Source of the DNA: Leptolyngbyaceae cyanobacterium clean351
GTDB taxonomy: Bacteria; Cyanobacteriota; Cyanobacteriia; DAIDHW01
Length of the DNA stretch: 64,000 nt
Assembly: GCA_027451865.1 (NCBI GenBank)
Contig: DAIDHW010000001.1
Span: 81,798-145,797 of the forward strand
Direction: 5' to 3'
The position numbers were made by a program, and so were the translations under genes. The notes under the pieces are model-generated. The model made no database searches. It had not been told where the DNA came from and saw only the letters and a list, made by a program, of their open reading frames with translations. Positions 50,962 through 62,432 of this stretch are shown here, in pieces; the first letter of the stretch is position 1, and each line of letters starts with the position of its first letter.

Positions 50962-51807
50962 TTACCCCTTCAGACCACTGCTAGTATTGGTGGGAAGGAC
51001 GTAGTGCTGCAGGAGAACAAAGGCCACTAGGGCCGGCACAATCGAAATAATCGAACCGGCCGCCACTAGCCGCCAATCGAGGGAGAAGCTACTAGCTAAG
51101 GTTGCTACCCCAAGGGGCAGGGTATACAGTCGGGGTTGGTCAAGGAGGATAAGGGGCCAAAGAAAATCACTCCAGGAGCCGATAAACACAAAAATTGCCA
51201 GGGTGACTAGAGCTGGCCGAATAGCAGGGAGCATCACGTGCCACCAAAGCCCTAATTCGGAGCAGCCATCCATCCGGCCAGCCTCTTCCAGTTCCTTAGG
51301 TACCCCCTGAAAAGCCTGGCGCAATAGGAAAATGCCGAAGGCTGAGGCGGTACCCGGCAAGATCAACCCCAGATAGGAGTTTCGCAGTCCCAGGTGCACC
51401 ATCAAGATATAAAGGGGGATCATAACCACCTGAAAGGGGATAGCGATGGTGGCCACGACTAGGGAAAAAATTACCTGCCGACCAGTAAAATTCAGGCGGG
51501 CAAGGGGATAGGCAGCCAAGGCGCAAAACAGGAGGTTTAGCCCCACTGTGCAACCTGCTACCAGGGTGCTATTAGCCAAATAGCGACCGAAAGGATTAGT
51601 AGCCCAGACTCGGAGGAAGTTATTGAAGGTGGGATGAGCTGGCCAGAACCGCGGCGGAAACTGGAAGATATTTTCCGTCGGGGCTTTCAAAGAGGTGCTC
51701 AGCAACCACAACAGGGGTAGCAGCATTGCGAGGGCAAGGATGGTCAGGAGCACATAGATGCCCAGAAGCTGCCAGAATCGTTTGGGCATGGCCTTAAATG
51801 GAAACAA
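50962..51807 (-). CDS. Carbohydrate ABC transporter permease
   Basis: AAYPLARL.F.GR, ELEEAGRMDG (EAA loop), WSDFLWP. Confidence 0.93.
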   Translation of the reverse strand: MFPFKAMPKRFWQLLGIYVLLTILALAMLLPLLWLLSTSLKAPTENIFQFPPRFWPAHPTFNNFLRVWATNPFGRYLANSTLVAGCTVGLNLLFCALAAYPLARLNFTGRQVIFSLVVATIAIPFQVVMIPLYILMVHLGLRNSYLGLILPGTASAFGIFLLRQAFQGVPKELEEAGRMDGCSELGLWWHVMLPAIRPALVTLAIFVFIGSWSDFLWPLILLDQPRLYTLPLGVATLASSFSLDWRLVAAGSIISIVPALVAFVLLQHYVLPTNTSSGLKG

Positions 51808-51868
51808 ACGCAGACTACGTCAGGGGGACTGCGCCACCTCACCTATGGTAGCTGTCAGGAGGCTTGGT

Positions 51869-52492
51869 TTAGGCTCCATCCCTGAGGGTTAAAAGTCCGA
51901 AGATGAGAAACAAGCCTCCCCCAATACCCATTACCACCCGCTCGGATATCCGCCCTGCCAACATCCGCCCCCCTATAACCGCCAGACCAGTACACAAACT
52001 GTGGCCCAGAACGGCCCCCAGCAGCACCCCTAGGGGTTGGTAAGCAGCAGCCAGAGTAATAGTGGCAATTTGGGTCCGGTCTCCCCACTCAGTGATAAAG
52101 GTCAGGTAGAAGGCCTCCCACACCACCGCGAAGCTAGGTTTGAGACTGATAATGAAGCGAGCCTCTGCCCGGTCTACTGTCTCAGCTGCGGCAGCCACCT
52201 CATCGCCTGTGGGAGAAGCGTACCAGGCATCGTAAAGGAGCTTCAGACCAAAGCTCACTAACAACAGTACTTCCAGGTAGTGGATAACCAGACGGTCCCA
52301 CGCTGACAGGGAGGCGACCAAGTGGCCAAGGAGCACTGATATGCCTGTCATCACTGCCAGGGCTAGGAGTACTCCGGGAAAAACCAAGCGGCGCTGGTGA
52401 CGAGTCGCCAGAATCATCGCCACGAAAAAACTCTTATCCCCGAGCTCAAAGAGGGTAATAGTCACCAGACTAGCAACGAGGGCAGGAAGCAT
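51869..52492 (-). CDS. TMEM165/GDT1 family Mn2+/Ca2+ transporter (Mnx-like)
   Basis: Two E-x-G-D-(K/R)-(S/T) motifs: ELGDKS and EWGDRT. Confidence 0.95.
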   Translation of the reverse strand: MLPALVASLVTITLFELGDKSFFVAMILATRHQRRLVFPGVLLALAVMTGISVLLGHLVASLSAWDRLVIHYLEVLLLVSFGLKLLYDAWYASPTGDEVAAAAETVDRAEARFIISLKPSFAVVWEAFYLTFITEWGDRTQIATITLAAAYQPLGVLLGAVLGHSLCTGLAVIGGRMLAGRISERVVMGIGGGLFLIFGLLTLRDGA

Positions 52493-52580
52493 ATCTCATC
52501 AAACTCCTGAGGATGTACCCAGACGAGCTTGATGAGGGGATAAACACACTTCACCAAGCTCACTCTAGGTGTGAACTTAG

Positions 52581-52706
52581 TGAAGGTCTCGCTCCCAAGT
52601 TTGTCTGCCCGAGACGGGTCAGAACTCCCTGTCGCCCTAGCCAGGCAATCTGCCAGTGTGTTGACTATGGCGGGCTGGGTTTAGCCCCAGCAGCTACTCC
52701 CCTTCA
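52581..52706 (-). ncRNA. yybP-ykoY manganese riboswitch
   Basis: Minus strand reads UGAAGGGGAGUAGC...GUCAACACAC...GCGAGACCUUCA, the conserved L1/L3 and P1 elements, in the leader of a GDT1 Mn exporter. Confidence 0.9.
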
Positions 52707-52815
52707 AACTAGATCTGATCATAAATGATTGTGCCCCCTAGGGATAGATACAACTCCTCAACACCGCCGATGGGCAAACCAAGTTAGGATGCTACTGGTT
52801 TTGGTTTGCCTGAAC

Positions 52816-54204
52816 ATGGCTTTAGAATCTTCGTCCTGGTCTCGGTATTGGTTTCCCCTTGCTCTAGCAGGTCTTACTCTCCTGGCCGGGGTTCTCCACT
52901 TCTGGGGGTTAGACCGTTTTAATACCTTGGTATTTGATGAGGTCTACTATCCTAAGTTTGCCAACGACTACCTAACCCATAAGCCCTTATTCGATGCCCA
53001 TCCTCCCCTCGGTAAATACATGATTGCCCTGGGTATGTGGCTGGGGGACCACGCTCCCTTCGGCCATGATGGGGTAGCTAACACCCTGACGGGAGCCCTC
53101 CGGCCCCCCTGGGTTTATCGCTGGATGGATGCCTTCATCGGCACCCTCCTGCCCCTAGTAGTCGCTGGCATAGCCTACCAACTGAGCCATCGGCGTATCT
53201 TTGCCCTGACCGCTGGGTTTTTTATGGCTCTAGACGGTCTTTTCCTCGTTGAGTCCCGCTACGGGCTGATCAATATCTACCTTGTCTTCTTTGGGCTGTT
53301 GGGGAACTGGTTTTTTCTGGTGGCCCTAGAGAGCAAGGGGGGAAAACGGTGGTGGCGCCTTGCTGGGGCTGGTGTCTGTTTAGGGGCTGCCTGCGCCGTG
53401 AAGTGGAATGGGGCAGGCTACCTCGGGGGAATTTATGTTTTTTGGCTCGGCACTTGGCTGGTGAGAGGACAGCTACCTAAAGATTGGGGCCGCCTCCCCT
53501 GGCTGCCCATGGTGGCTAACTTGGGTGTCCTACCAGTGTTGACCTACGTACTGGTTTGGATCCCTCACCTGCAGATCAACCGCGACACCAACTTCTGGCA
53601 GGTGCACTGGCAGATGCTCCAATACCATCTGAGCATGGGAAATGGCCCCCAGGTCCACCCCTACTGTTCAGAGTGGTATACCTGGCCGTTAATGTTGCGG
53701 CCCATGAATTATTTCTATCAGAATGCTCGCAGCCTAAGTGACCCCCTGCCCACCAACGGCCCCCTCTTGCCCGAGAACGTGGGCCATGTGGTTTACACAA
53801 TCGTGGCCATGGGAAACCCGTTTCTGTGGTGGTTGTCTACCGGGGCCATGGCAGCAGTCCTGCTGGGGCTAGTCTGGGGCTGCCTGGTACGGCGCCGCCT
53901 TCACCTTCCTTTGATCCCCTTCTATCTAGGAGTCAACTACCTCGCCAACTACCTGCCCTGGATCGCAGTCCGCCGCTGTACCTTCATTTACTTATACATG
54001 GAAGCGGTGGTGTTTAGCTTTCTGGCTCTGGCGTACCTAGTAGCTAGGGGTCTAGAGCATCCCCAGGGTTGGGTGCGCAGCTTGGCCTTGGGGGCGATTT
54101 TCCTGGTCACTGGCAGCTTCATCTACTGGCTGCCAGTTTACCTGGGCTTGCCCATATCCCTCCAAGATTTTTATCAACACATGTGGTTGAGGTCCTGGAT
54201 TTGA
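52816..54204 (+). CDS. Protein O-mannosyltransferase (PMT, GT39-like)
   Basis: VFDEVYY, FDAHPPLGK, VKWNG, HPYCS.WY.WP, GNP.LWW. Confidence 0.9.
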   Translation: MALESSSWSRYWFPLALAGLTLLAGVLHFWGLDRFNTLVFDEVYYPKFANDYLTHKPLFDAHPPLGKYMIALGMWLGDHAPFGHDGVANTLTGALRPPWVYRWMDAFIGTLLPLVVAGIAYQLSHRRIFALTAGFFMALDGLFLVESRYGLINIYLVFFGLLGNWFFLVALESKGGKRWWRLAGAGVCLGAACAVKWNGAGYLGGIYVFWLGTWLVRGQLPKDWGRLPWLPMVANLGVLPVLTYVLVWIPHLQINRDTNFWQVHWQMLQYHLSMGNGPQVHPYCSEWYTWPLMLRPMNYFYQNARSLSDPLPTNGPLLPENVGHVVYTIVAMGNPFLWWLSTGAMAAVLLGLVWGCLVRRRLHLPLIPFYLGVNYLANYLPWIAVRRCTFIYLYMEAVVFSFLALAYLVARGLEHPQGWVRSLALGAIFLVTGSFIYWLPVYLGLPISLQDFYQHMWLRSWI

Positions 54205-55113
54205 TTACGGTGTGACCCCTGGGGCTTTAGAACTAGAGGGGTGACGCCGGCGGATGCCCCAAAAAACATCGTATAGGAAGCTTCCCCAGGCTTGATGTAA
54301 CCCTAGGGACAGATGGCATTCCTTTTCCTCGAGCAGGGGCCGCATGGTCACAAAGGCCTTCTGGTAGGCGTACCAGGGAATAGAAGGCCATAAATGGTGA
54401 ATGAGATGATAGTTTTGACCCATGATCAACCAATTCATCAGGTGACTGGGATAGATACGAGCATTTTTCCATCGGTCTCGTTCCTGATGGGGACGGTGGG
54501 GGAGATAGTCAAAAAATAAGCCCAGTAACAGCCCCACTACTCCAGCTGGCACAAACCAGAAATTAAATACGTAGCCCACAAAACCGTAGTGCACTCCCAA
54601 AGCCACTACCCCTACCACCGCCAGGCGGCCCAGGAACCATTCCCCGAGTTCCCAGTGGCGCCACAACCGGCGGCGGAAAAAAAATACTTCGTGATAGAAA
54701 AACCTTACCGGAATTAGCCACAGGGGTCCCCCTGTGGACACGTAGTGGTCAGGGTCATTCTCGGGGTCATTAACGTTGGCATGGTGTTGCATGTGCACCC
54801 TGGTAAATACGGGGAAGGAAAATCCCAGTAAAAGGGCGCTGCCGTGGCCCAGAAAAGCATTTAGGGGCCGCCAGGAATGGGCTACGTTATGGGAGGCATC
54901 GTGAATTACTGTACCCGCCAAGTGCAAGGCTAAAACGTTGGTAGCAAAGGAGCACCAGGCAGGCCAACCGCCGCGCCAGTGTCCCCAAGTAGAAAGGGCT
55001 GCCAGACTGACGGCAACCAGAAACAAAAACAAGGTGGGATTAAACGCTCCCGGGGGACCAAACAGGTCTCGCGGAGATGCCAGGAGGGGCTGTTGTGCCT
55101 CTACCAACCGCAT
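54205..55113 (-). CDS. crtR: Beta-carotene hydroxylase
   Basis: HDASH, RVHMQHH, DPENDPDH, FFDYLPHRP, NYHLIHHLWPSIPWY. Confidence 0.93.
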   Translation of the reverse strand: MRLVEAQQPLLASPRDLFGPPGAFNPTLFLFLVAVSLAALSTWGHWRGGWPAWCSFATNVLALHLAGTVIHDASHNVAHSWRPLNAFLGHGSALLLGFSFPVFTRVHMQHHANVNDPENDPDHYVSTGGPLWLIPVRFFYHEVFFFRRRLWRHWELGEWFLGRLAVVGVVALGVHYGFVGYVFNFWFVPAGVVGLLLGLFFDYLPHRPHQERDRWKNARIYPSHLMNWLIMGQNYHLIHHLWPSIPWYAYQKAFVTMRPLLEEKECHLSLGLHQAWGSFLYDVFWGIRRRHPSSSKAPGVTP

Positions 55114-55167
55114 TAGTTCTCCTATCAGCTAAATTTTTAATTCTTAACAGTATACGACGAAACCAAA

Positions 55168-58100
55168 TTACGGAGCAGGAATCAAGACCTTATCAGTGGC
55201 CGGGTCGGCTTCAGGAGATTTGGCCTCTGAAGGAGGGACCACCTGCCAAAACCGGGGCAAATACTCAGCCCAGTTCTCGAGGACCTGGGCTGCCCGGGGG
55301 CTGCCAGTCAAGTCCGCGTGGGTTTGGATCAGCTGCTTAAGTTGCTGTTCTCCTGCCGGGGTGGTGACTCGCTGCACCTGGACGATCTCGCGATTCACTC
55401 GGGGCACAAACCGCCCATCTTCGTCCAGAAAGTATCCCAGACCACCAGTCATGCCAGCTGCCACGTTCCGGCCAACCGGACCTAGAACTACCACCACCCC
55501 ACCGGTCATGTACTCACAGCAGTGGTCTCCTGCCCCTTCGATGACAGCCTGGGCCATGGAGTTGCGCACGGCAAAGCGCTCCCCGGCAATCCCTTGAGCA
55601 AATAGATAGCCCCCAGTAGCGCCGTACAGACAGGTGTTGCCGATGATGACGTTCTGGGCAGGATCGTAGGTGACTCCGGCAGCTGGACTGATAATGATTT
55701 GCCCACCATGCATCCCTTTCCCCACGTAGTCGTTAGCTTCCCCAACCAAGCGCAGGGTCATCCCCGGGAGATTAAAGGCACCAAAGCTCTGCCCGGCGCT
55801 GCCGACAAACTTGAGAGTAATGCTACCTGTGAAACCCTGGTTGCCGTAGCGCCGGGCCACCAAACCGGCCAGGCGCGCCCCCACCGCACGGTCCGTATTA
55901 ACTATGGGCAAAGGACCAATCTCAAAGCTCCCTTGGTTGTTTAGGGCCTGCTCCAGTTCCGGGTCAGCAATCAGCTGCTCCTCCAGAACCGGACCATTCC
56001 CGTGGACCACCTCGTGGCTCAGCCAGCTACGGTCAGCGCGGGTGTCGGGGAGCTCTAGCAGGCAGGCGAGATTCAAAGCCTTGGGCTTATTCAGATGCAC
56101 CCCAGGACGCTGCCGCAGCAGGTCTCCTCGGCCGATGATAGCCTCCAGGGAGGAGTACCCTAGCCGGGCCAACAGGGAGCGCACTTCCATGGCTACGAAA
56201 TGGAAAAACTCCACCACCTGCTCGGGTAAACCCGGGAACCTTAGCCTCAGGTCTTCCCGCTGGGTGGTGACTCCCACGGGGCAGTTGTTGGTGTGGCAAA
56301 CCCGGGCCATGATGCACCCCTCGGCAATCATAGCAATGGAACCAAAACCAAACTCCTCTGCCCCCATTAAAGCTGCCATCACTACATCCCAGCCGGTTTT
56401 GAGACCCCCGTCAACCCGCAGAATTACCCGCTGCCGCAGTTGATTCTCTAGGAGCACCCGGTGTACTTCAGTTAGGCCAAGCTCCCAGGGCCCCCCAGCG
56501 TGCTTGATGGAACTGAGGGGTGAGGCGCCGGTACCCCCGTCGTGACCGGAAATTTGGATCACATCGGCATTAGCCTTGGCCACCCCTGCCGCCACCGTGC
56601 CGATGCCTACCTCTGCCACCAGTTTCACTGATACCTGGGCTTTGGGGTTAATATGGTGCAAGTCAAAGATTAATTGAGCCAGGTCTTCAATAGAGTATAT
56701 GTCGTGGTGGGGAGGGGGAGAGATTAAGGTCACCCCAGGCTTAGAGCGACGGAGCATAGCAATGTAGGGGCTGACCTTGGGCCCAGGTAACTGGCCGCCC
56801 TCCCCGGGCTTGGCCCCCTGGGCAATCTTGATCTCCACTTGTTGGGCATTGATCAGGTACTCGGGGGTGACTCCAAAGCGTCCGGAAGCCACCTGCTTGA
56901 TGGCGGAGCTAGCGGTATCACCGTTTACTAAGCCCTTAAGGTGCGGAAAGGTATGAGAGTGGCCAGTGGCGTCTACATCCCCTAGGGGTAGGTAGCGGTC
57001 CGGGTCTTCCCCCCCCTCCCCGGAATTAGACTTGCCCCCTAGGCGATTCATAGCGATCGCTAAGGTCTCATGAGCTTCTCGGGAAAGGGCCCCCAGGGAC
57101 ATGCCACCAGTACAGAAGCGGCGGACAATTGTCTCTACGGGTTCGACCTCGGCCAAGTCCAAAGGGGGCCGGTCCGGCTGCAAGTCTAGCAAGTCCCGCA
57201 GAGCCGTCGGTGGTCTATTTTCCAGGAGTTGTTTGTAGACCTGGTAGTGGTCGTACTCGCTCGTGGCCAGAGCCTTGTGCAGAGCCTTGATCACCTCAGG
57301 ATTATTCATGTGGTACTCAGAGCCTGGCCGGTACTGGACTAAACCAAAATTTTCCAACTTCTTTGTGCGCATGTGGGGGAAGGCCTGATGGTGGAAGGCC
57401 TCCACCTCCCGAGCCAAGTCCTCTAGGTCTATCCCCCCCAATCGTGAGGCAGTACCCCGAAAGCCAACCTGGAGCAGACTGCCGCCAATCCCTACGGCCT
57501 CGAAAATTTGGGCCCCATGGTAGCTAGAGAGCAGAGAAATACCCATCTTAGAGAGGATCTTCAGTAGACCATCAGCCAAGGCTTGGCAGTAGTTAGCCTG
57601 GACTTGGACAACGGAACTCGGCTTAATCTTCCCCGACTCCATCAGGCTTTGCACTCGGGGGGTATGCCACCACTGCCGGACCGTCTCTAAGGCTAGGTAG
57701 GGACAGACAGCCCCAGCCCCGTAGGCTATCAAGCAGGCTAAGTGGTGAGTACTCCAGACTTGGGCTGAGTCTACCACTAGGGAAACCCGCATCCGCAAGC
57801 CCTGACGGATCAAGTGGTGGTGAACAGCCCCAACTGCGAGGAGAGGAGGAATGTAGGTGAAGCTTTCACTGACGCTGCCGGAGGTGCCATCAGGCCGCTG
57901 CCGGTCACTGAGAATCAAGACTCGGCTGCCGCTAACCACCGCCTTGGCGGCTGCAGTGCTCAGCTGGTCTAGGGCAGCACCTAAGCTGTGATTGACCTCA
58001 AACAAAGTGGACAAGGTCTCGGTAGCTAGGCTAAACTCTGCCAGAGATGCCAGCTCTGACTCCTTCAGGATGGGAGAACTGATCTTGAGTACGCGGGCGT

Positions 58101-59796
58101 GCTCTGGCTGGGCCTCTAGGAGGTTACCACGTCCCCCCAGAGTCATCTCCAGAGACATGACTAATTTCTCCCGCAGGGGGTCGATGGGAGGGTTGGTAAC
58201 CTGGGCAAAGCGCTGTTTGAAGTAGTCGTAGAGCAACCGAGGTTTATGGGAAAGTACCGCTAAGGGAATATCGTCCCCCATGCAAAAGGTAGGCTCCTTA
58301 CCGGTGGCCGCCATCTCTCCAATCACCATGTCTATATCTTCAGCGGTGTAACCGAAGGCGGTTTGCTGTTGGAGTAGGTCTCCAGGGGAGACCTGAAGAC
58401 TCTCCCGGAAAGACTGAGGCTCTAGTTTGCGCACCCGTTCCCGCAGCCAATCTCCGTAGGGGGCCTGGGAGGCAATGTGTTGTTTTATTTGCCAGTTCTT
58501 GCGGACCTGGTGGCCCTCTAGGTCTACAGCGATCATTTGGCCGGGCCCGAGACGCCCCTTTTCTAGGATCTCCCCCGGAGCAAGCTCTACTACTCCTGCC
58601 TCAGAGGCCACCACCACTAGTCCATCTCGGGTAATCGTATAGCGGGCAGGTCTTAGGCCATTGCGGTCTAGGGCTGCTCCTACCACCCGGCCATCACTGA
58701 ACACCAGCAGAGCCGGCCCGTCCCAAGGTTCTTGAATCCCGCCGTAGTAGTCGTAGAAATCCACAATCTCAGGATACTCAGCCAAGTCCGGCTGATTGCG
58801 GTAGGCTTCCGGCACCGCAATCATGACTGCCTCTAGAGGGCTGCGGCCTGACTGCACCAGCAACTCCAAAAAGTTATCGAGGGTGGCCGAATCACTGTTA
58901 TCCGGGTCTACAATTGGCCGCAGTCCCTCCAGGTCTGCCTCTGTCCAGCAGGGGTGGGCTAGGTCCGCTTCCCTAGCCATCATCCAGTTCACATTCCCCA
59001 GTAGGGTATTGATTTCGCCATTATGTCCTAGCAGGCGCATGGGCTGGGCCAGAGGCCATTTGGGGAGGGTGTTGGTGCTGAAACGACGATGATAGACTAC
59101 AAAGGGGCTGTGGTAACGATGGTCCTGCAGGTCGATATAGAACTGCTCTAGCACCGAGGAGCGCACCATTCCCTTATAGACAATTGTCCGGTGAGACAGG
59201 GAGCATAAGTATAAATCCTCTAGGCCAGGGGCCTTCTGCGCAGCCTTCTCGATTTTCTTGCGGCCGAGGTATAGCAGCCGCTCCAATTTCTCTTCACTAA
59301 CGCTGGGGGACTCGACAAATACCTGCTCAATTTGGGGTTGATTTTCACGAGCCTGAGGACCAAGTACCTGAGGCTGCACTGGCACCACCCGCCAGCCCCG
59401 GATCACTAAACCTAGTCCCTGAAGAACTTGTTCAACCAAATCCCGGCCGGCAGCAGCATTAGTCTGGGGTAGAAAAACCATGCCCACCCCCAGAGTGCCC
59501 GGCTGATACCCGAGCAGGTCCCAAGGAATCTGGGTCATTACACCTGCCCCATCTCCCGAGTCCTGGTCAGCACTGCAACCCCCCCGGTGTTCCAGGCAGC
59601 CTAGGGCTTTTAGGGCCTGCTGCACGAGCTCGTGGGTACTGCGACCGTACTGGTCGGCGATCAAGCCCACCCCACAGGCATCCCTTTCCTCCACCAGCCA
59701 AGGTTGTCCCCTATACCCAGAGGCAGAATTATTGGTTAGAGTAGGCTGCGGGTAGTGGTGGTTCATAGGGGCAGGAAATTTCTTGTGAATATTCAT
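55168..59796 (-). CDS. glsF: Ferredoxin-dependent glutamate synthase
   Basis: ERDACGVG N-terminal nucleophile Cys, [35 protein letters not shown]; start may be ATG 59766. Confidence 0.96.
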   Translation of the reverse strand: MNIHKKFPAPMNHHYPQPTLTNNSASGYRGQPWLVEERDACGVGLIADQYGRSTHELVQQALKALGCLEHRGGCSADQDSGDGAGVMTQIPWDLLGYQPGTLGVGMVFLPQTNAAAGRDLVEQVLQGLGLVIRGWRVVPVQPQVLGPQARENQPQIEQVFVESPSVSEEKLERLLYLGRKKIEKAAQKAPGLEDLYLCSLSHRTIVYKGMVRSSVLEQFYIDLQDHRYHSPFVVYHRRFSTNTLPKWPLAQPMRLLGHNGEINTLLGNVNWMMAREADLAHPCWTEADLEGLRPIVDPDNSDSATLDNFLELLVQSGRSPLEAVMIAVPEAYRNQPDLAEYPEIVDFYDYYGGIQEPWDGPALLVFSDGRVVGAALDRNGLRPARYTITRDGLVVVASEAGVVELAPGEILEKGRLGPGQMIAVDLEGHQVRKNWQIKQHIASQAPYGDWLRERVRKLEPQSFRESLQVSPGDLLQQQTAFGYTAEDIDMVIGEMAATGKEPTFCMGDDIPLAVLSHKPRLLYDYFKQRFAQVTNPPIDPLREKLVMSLEMTLGGRGNLLEAQPEHARVLKISSPILKESELASLAEFSLATETLSTLFEVNHSLGAALDQLSTAAAKAVVSGSRVLILSDRQRPDGTSGSVSESFTYIPPLLAVGAVHHHLIRQGLRMRVSLVVDSAQVWSTHHLACLIAYGAGAVCPYLALETVRQWWHTPRVQSLMESGKIKPSSVVQVQANYCQALADGLLKILSKMGISLLSSYHGAQIFEAVGIGGSLLQVGFRGTASRLGGIDLEDLAREVEAFHHQAFPHMRTKKLENFGLVQYRPGSEYHMNNPEVIKALHKALATSEYDHYQVYKQLLENRPPTALRDLLDLQPDRPPLDLAEVEPVETIVRRFCTGGMSLGALSREAHETLAIAMNRLGGKSNSGEGGEDPDRYLPLGDVDATGHSHTFPHLKGLVNGDTASSAIKQVASGRFGVTPEYLINAQQVEIKIAQGAKPGEGGQLPGPKVSPYIAMLRRSKPGVTLISPPPHHDIYSIEDLAQLIFDLHHINPKAQVSVKLVAEVGIGTVAAGVAKANADVIQISGHDGGTGASPLSSIKHAGGPWELGLTEVHRVLLENQLRQRVILRVDGGLKTGWDVVMAALMGAEEFGFGSIAMIAEGCIMARVCHTNNCPVGVTTQREDLRLRFPGLPEQVVEFFHFVAMEVRSLLARLGYSSLEAIIGRGDLLRQRPGVHLNKPKALNLACLLELPDTRADRSWLSHEVVHGNGPVLEEQLIADPELEQALNNQGSFEIGPLPIVNTDRAVGARLAGLVARRYGNQGFTGSITLKFVGSAGQSFGAFNLPGMTLRLVGEANDYVGKGMHGGQIIISPAAGVTYDPAQNVIIGNTCLYGATGGYLFAQGIAGERFAVRNSMAQAVIEGAGDHCCEYMTGGVVVVLGPVGRNVAAGMTGGLGYFLDEDGRFVPRVNREIVQVQRVTTPAGEQQLKQLIQTHADLTGSPRAAQVLENWAEYLPRFWQVVPPSEAKSPEADPATDKVLIPAP

Positions 59797-59829
59797 TATC
59801 CATTATGGAACTACTCCCGAGGCTCCGAG

Positions 59830-61542
59830 ATGACAGGTAAGTCATTATTTATTGATAAGTGGTTGCGCCGGCTCGCCCTAGGGTTTTTGGGGTTCGTCTT
59901 GACCCTCGCTCCAGCTAGTGCCCTCACCCCTACCCAAGGGACGGAAATTCTGGTCAATGGCCAGGCTTGCCCGGCTCCCTGGGTACAGTGGTCCGATCCG
60001 ACTACAACTACCCTGCACACTGGCTTAGCTGACAGCGGCCTAGTGCGATGTCTGGGGTTTGAACTCCTCAGCACTCTGCAACCAGAACAACAACCCGTGG
60101 CCTGGTTTTCCCCAGCCCCCATCTCCCTGCCGGCGCAGCTAGGGACCACCTACCGGTTCCTCGACATCACAGCCTTTGCCACTAACGCCGACTGGCATTT
60201 GACTCCCCTGGGCAACCGCCTAGCCATAGACAGTCCACCCGCCCAGATTCGGGCAGTCCGTGCCGACCCTGAGGCTGGCCGCCTAGTCCTTGAGTTGGAC
60301 CGGCCCACACCGTGGTGGGCTGAGGAATTGGCCTCTGCCCTACAGGTTAGCTTTAAGGCCCAACCTGCTCCAGGCCTGACTATCCCACCTACCCTGAAGG
60401 TAGGACCTGAGGGCCTAGTACTCACTTTACCCATTGCCCCCAACCGACAGTCCCGGGTGTTCAGTCTGGCCAACCCTCCCCGGCTGGTGATGGACCTGGA
60501 TGCGCCTGCCCAGGAGCCCCGTCGGATCCTTTGGGCTCTCGGGCTAGAGGAGCAGCGTTTGACCCTGGGGCCGGAGCAGTTTGAGGTTAATCTACTCAAA
60601 ATTAACCCCCGCCAAGCTGGCTTAAAAGTACAGCCGATCTGGAGTAATCCAGCCACCTTAATAGGCATTGCTCCCCTAAGTACTATTGCTCAGACCTGGC
60701 AAGCGGCGGCGGCAATTAATGGGGGCTTTTTCAATCGCAAAGTCTATAGCCCCCTCGGAGCCCTCAAAGTAGACGGTCAATGGATCTCCAGTCCCATCCT
60801 TGACCGAGCAGTCCTTGCCTGGAACCACGAGGGGCAATATGTTACCAGCCGTCTGGCCTGGCAGGAAACTCTTACCATCGGGGGAGGAGAACGAATCCCC
60901 CTAGCGTCCCTCAATAGTGGCTATGTCCAGGGCGGCATTGCTCGCTACAGTAGTGCCTGGGGCAATTACTACCAGCCCCTAAGTGGCGGGGAAACCGCGG
61001 TGACAGTAGTCAACGCTCAGGTGCTTAGCCGAGCCCCGGTCCTAGGCCCAGTATCGATACCGGCTGACGGTTATCTGTTAGTCTTGCGCTCCTTGAGTCT
61101 GCCCAACCTCCAAGTAGGAACAACCGTCACCTTAGAGCAAACTACTGTCCCGCCAGAGCTAGATTCCTTCCCAGAGATAATCGGCGCTGGCCCCTTGCTA
61201 CTGCACGCCGGCTTGGATGTCTTGGACTGGGAGGCAGAAAAGTTTAGCCCGGCCTTGGCCAATGAGCTGACCTATCGTTCGGCTGCTGGCCTTGATCGAG
61301 CCGGAAATCTAGTTCTGGTGGCCATTGGCCACCGCTACCACGGCCCTGGTCCACGCCTAGTAGAGATGGTGCCTCTGCTGCAGCAGCTGGGGTTAGTAGA
61401 AGCTTTAAACCTGGATGGCGGTAGTTCCTCTACCCTAGACCTGGGAGGCGCAATTCTTAACCGGCCAGAGCGCAGCACCGCCCGAGTTCACAATGGTTTG
61501 GGGGTATTTCTGCGCCCCCTCCCCGGTGCCGGGGATTCCTGA
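59830..61542 (+). CDS. Phosphodiester glycosidase (NAGPA-like) family exported protein
   Basis: Signal peptide; AINGGFF, GAGPLL, ALNLDGGSSS. Confidence 0.88.
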   Translation: MTGKSLFIDKWLRRLALGFLGFVLTLAPASALTPTQGTEILVNGQACPAPWVQWSDPTTTTLHTGLADSGLVRCLGFELLSTLQPEQQPVAWFSPAPISLPAQLGTTYRFLDITAFATNADWHLTPLGNRLAIDSPPAQIRAVRADPEAGRLVLELDRPTPWWAEELASALQVSFKAQPAPGLTIPPTLKVGPEGLVLTLPIAPNRQSRVFSLANPPRLVMDLDAPAQEPRRILWALGLEEQRLTLGPEQFEVNLLKINPRQAGLKVQPIWSNPATLIGIAPLSTIAQTWQAAAAINGGFFNRKVYSPLGALKVDGQWISSPILDRAVLAWNHEGQYVTSRLAWQETLTIGGGERIPLASLNSGYVQGGIARYSSAWGNYYQPLSGGETAVTVVNAQVLSRAPVLGPVSIPADGYLLVLRSLSLPNLQVGTTVTLEQTTVPPELDSFPEIIGAGPLLLHAGLDVLDWEAEKFSPALANELTYRSAAGLDRAGNLVLVAIGHRYHGPGPRLVEMVPLLQQLGLVEALNLDGGSSSTLDLGGAILNRPERSTARVHNGLGVFLRPLPGAGDS

Positions 61543-61641
61543 TTGACTCTGGTATTCTGATATAATTTGATCTGTCTGAATTACTCAGGATTCAGTTCCC
61601 CTTTGGCGAGGGGAGAAATGATGGCGAGGAGATGTGTAGTC

Positions 61642-62040
61642 ATGCTTTCATCTTCGGAATCCCCCTTCCCTCCGGCTGCTCTTGCCCAGGGCCTAGCTGC
61701 TACTGAGCTACGTCCTTGGGGATCCTTTACGGTCTTAGAGGAGGGGCCGGGCCACAAGATTAAACGCATTGAGGTGCGGCCGGGTCATCGCCTCAGTCTG
61801 CAGATGCACCACCACCGTAGCGAGCACTGGATTGTGGTGTCCGGTACAGCCCGGGTTGTTTGTGGAGATAAGGAAACCTTATTGACTAATAATCAGTCCA
61901 CCTATGTCCCCCCCTGCACGGTGCACCGCCTAGAAAACCCCGGGGTGATCCCCTTAATCTTGATCGAGGTTCAAAATGGTCAGTACCTAGGGGAGGATGA
62001 CATTATCCGGTTCCATGACGACTACGCTCGGACCGAATAA
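61642..62040 (+). CDS. Mannose-6-phosphate isomerase type II C-terminal cupin protein
   Basis: RPWGSF, LSLQMHHHRSEHW, HRLENPG, EVQ.G.YLGEDDI.R. Confidence 0.92.
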   Translation: MLSSSESPFPPAALAQGLAATELRPWGSFTVLEEGPGHKIKRIEVRPGHRLSLQMHHHRSEHWIVVSGTARVVCGDKETLLTNNQSTYVPPCTVHRLENPGVIPLILIEVQNGQYLGEDDIIRFHDDYARTE

Positions 62041-62367
62041 GTGATCTCCATTACCCCTAGGGCTCAAGCTGAGGTGTTGCGGTTATGCCGGGTCCACAAT
62101 CCCGCCCGGCTGAGATTAGGGTTAGTACCTGGCAGCTGTGCTCAGCTGACCTATACCATGGAGTTCGATATCCTTGGGGAGGGAGGAGATGCAGTCTACC
62201 ACCTGAGTGCCCTCGAGGTCTGGATAGCCCCCGACAGCCTGCAGCACCTATCCCAGTTGCACCTGGACTACACTGAGGATCTGATGGGGGGGAGCTTCCG
62301 GTTTCACAACCCCCAAGCAGTTCAGACTTGCGCCTGCGGTCACAGTTTCTCCGTGGCAACTGTTTGA
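62041..62367 (+). CDS. HesB/IscA family Fe-S assembly protein
   Basis: GSC..L.Y, LDY.EDLMGG.FRF.NP, CACGHSF. Confidence 0.92.
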   Translation: MISITPRAQAEVLRLCRVHNPARLRLGLVPGSCAQLTYTMEFDILGEGGDAVYHLSALEVWIAPDSLQHLSQLHLDYTEDLMGGSFRFHNPQAVQTCACGHSFSVATV

Positions 62368-62393
62368 CATGAAATTCCTCAGTTTGGTATACT
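62364..62393 (+). promoter_or_regulatory. Sigma70-type promoter of the str operon
   Basis: TTGACA (62364-69), 18 bp, TATACT (62388-93) with a TG extension, about 40 bp upstream of rpsL. Confidence 0.7.
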
Positions 62394-62432
62394 CGAGGAC
62401 TGTTGAAAGTTGCGGTCTCCCCTACCTGTCCC

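Noticed and set aside
365..61262. Numerous 60-180 aa overlapping ORFs in the track (e.g. 3766-4308, 28620-29066, 55904-56443, 60150-60668)
   Set aside because: They lie within well-supported genes on the opposite strand or frame and have low-complexity Arg/Pro/Ser composition typical of GC-rich shadows
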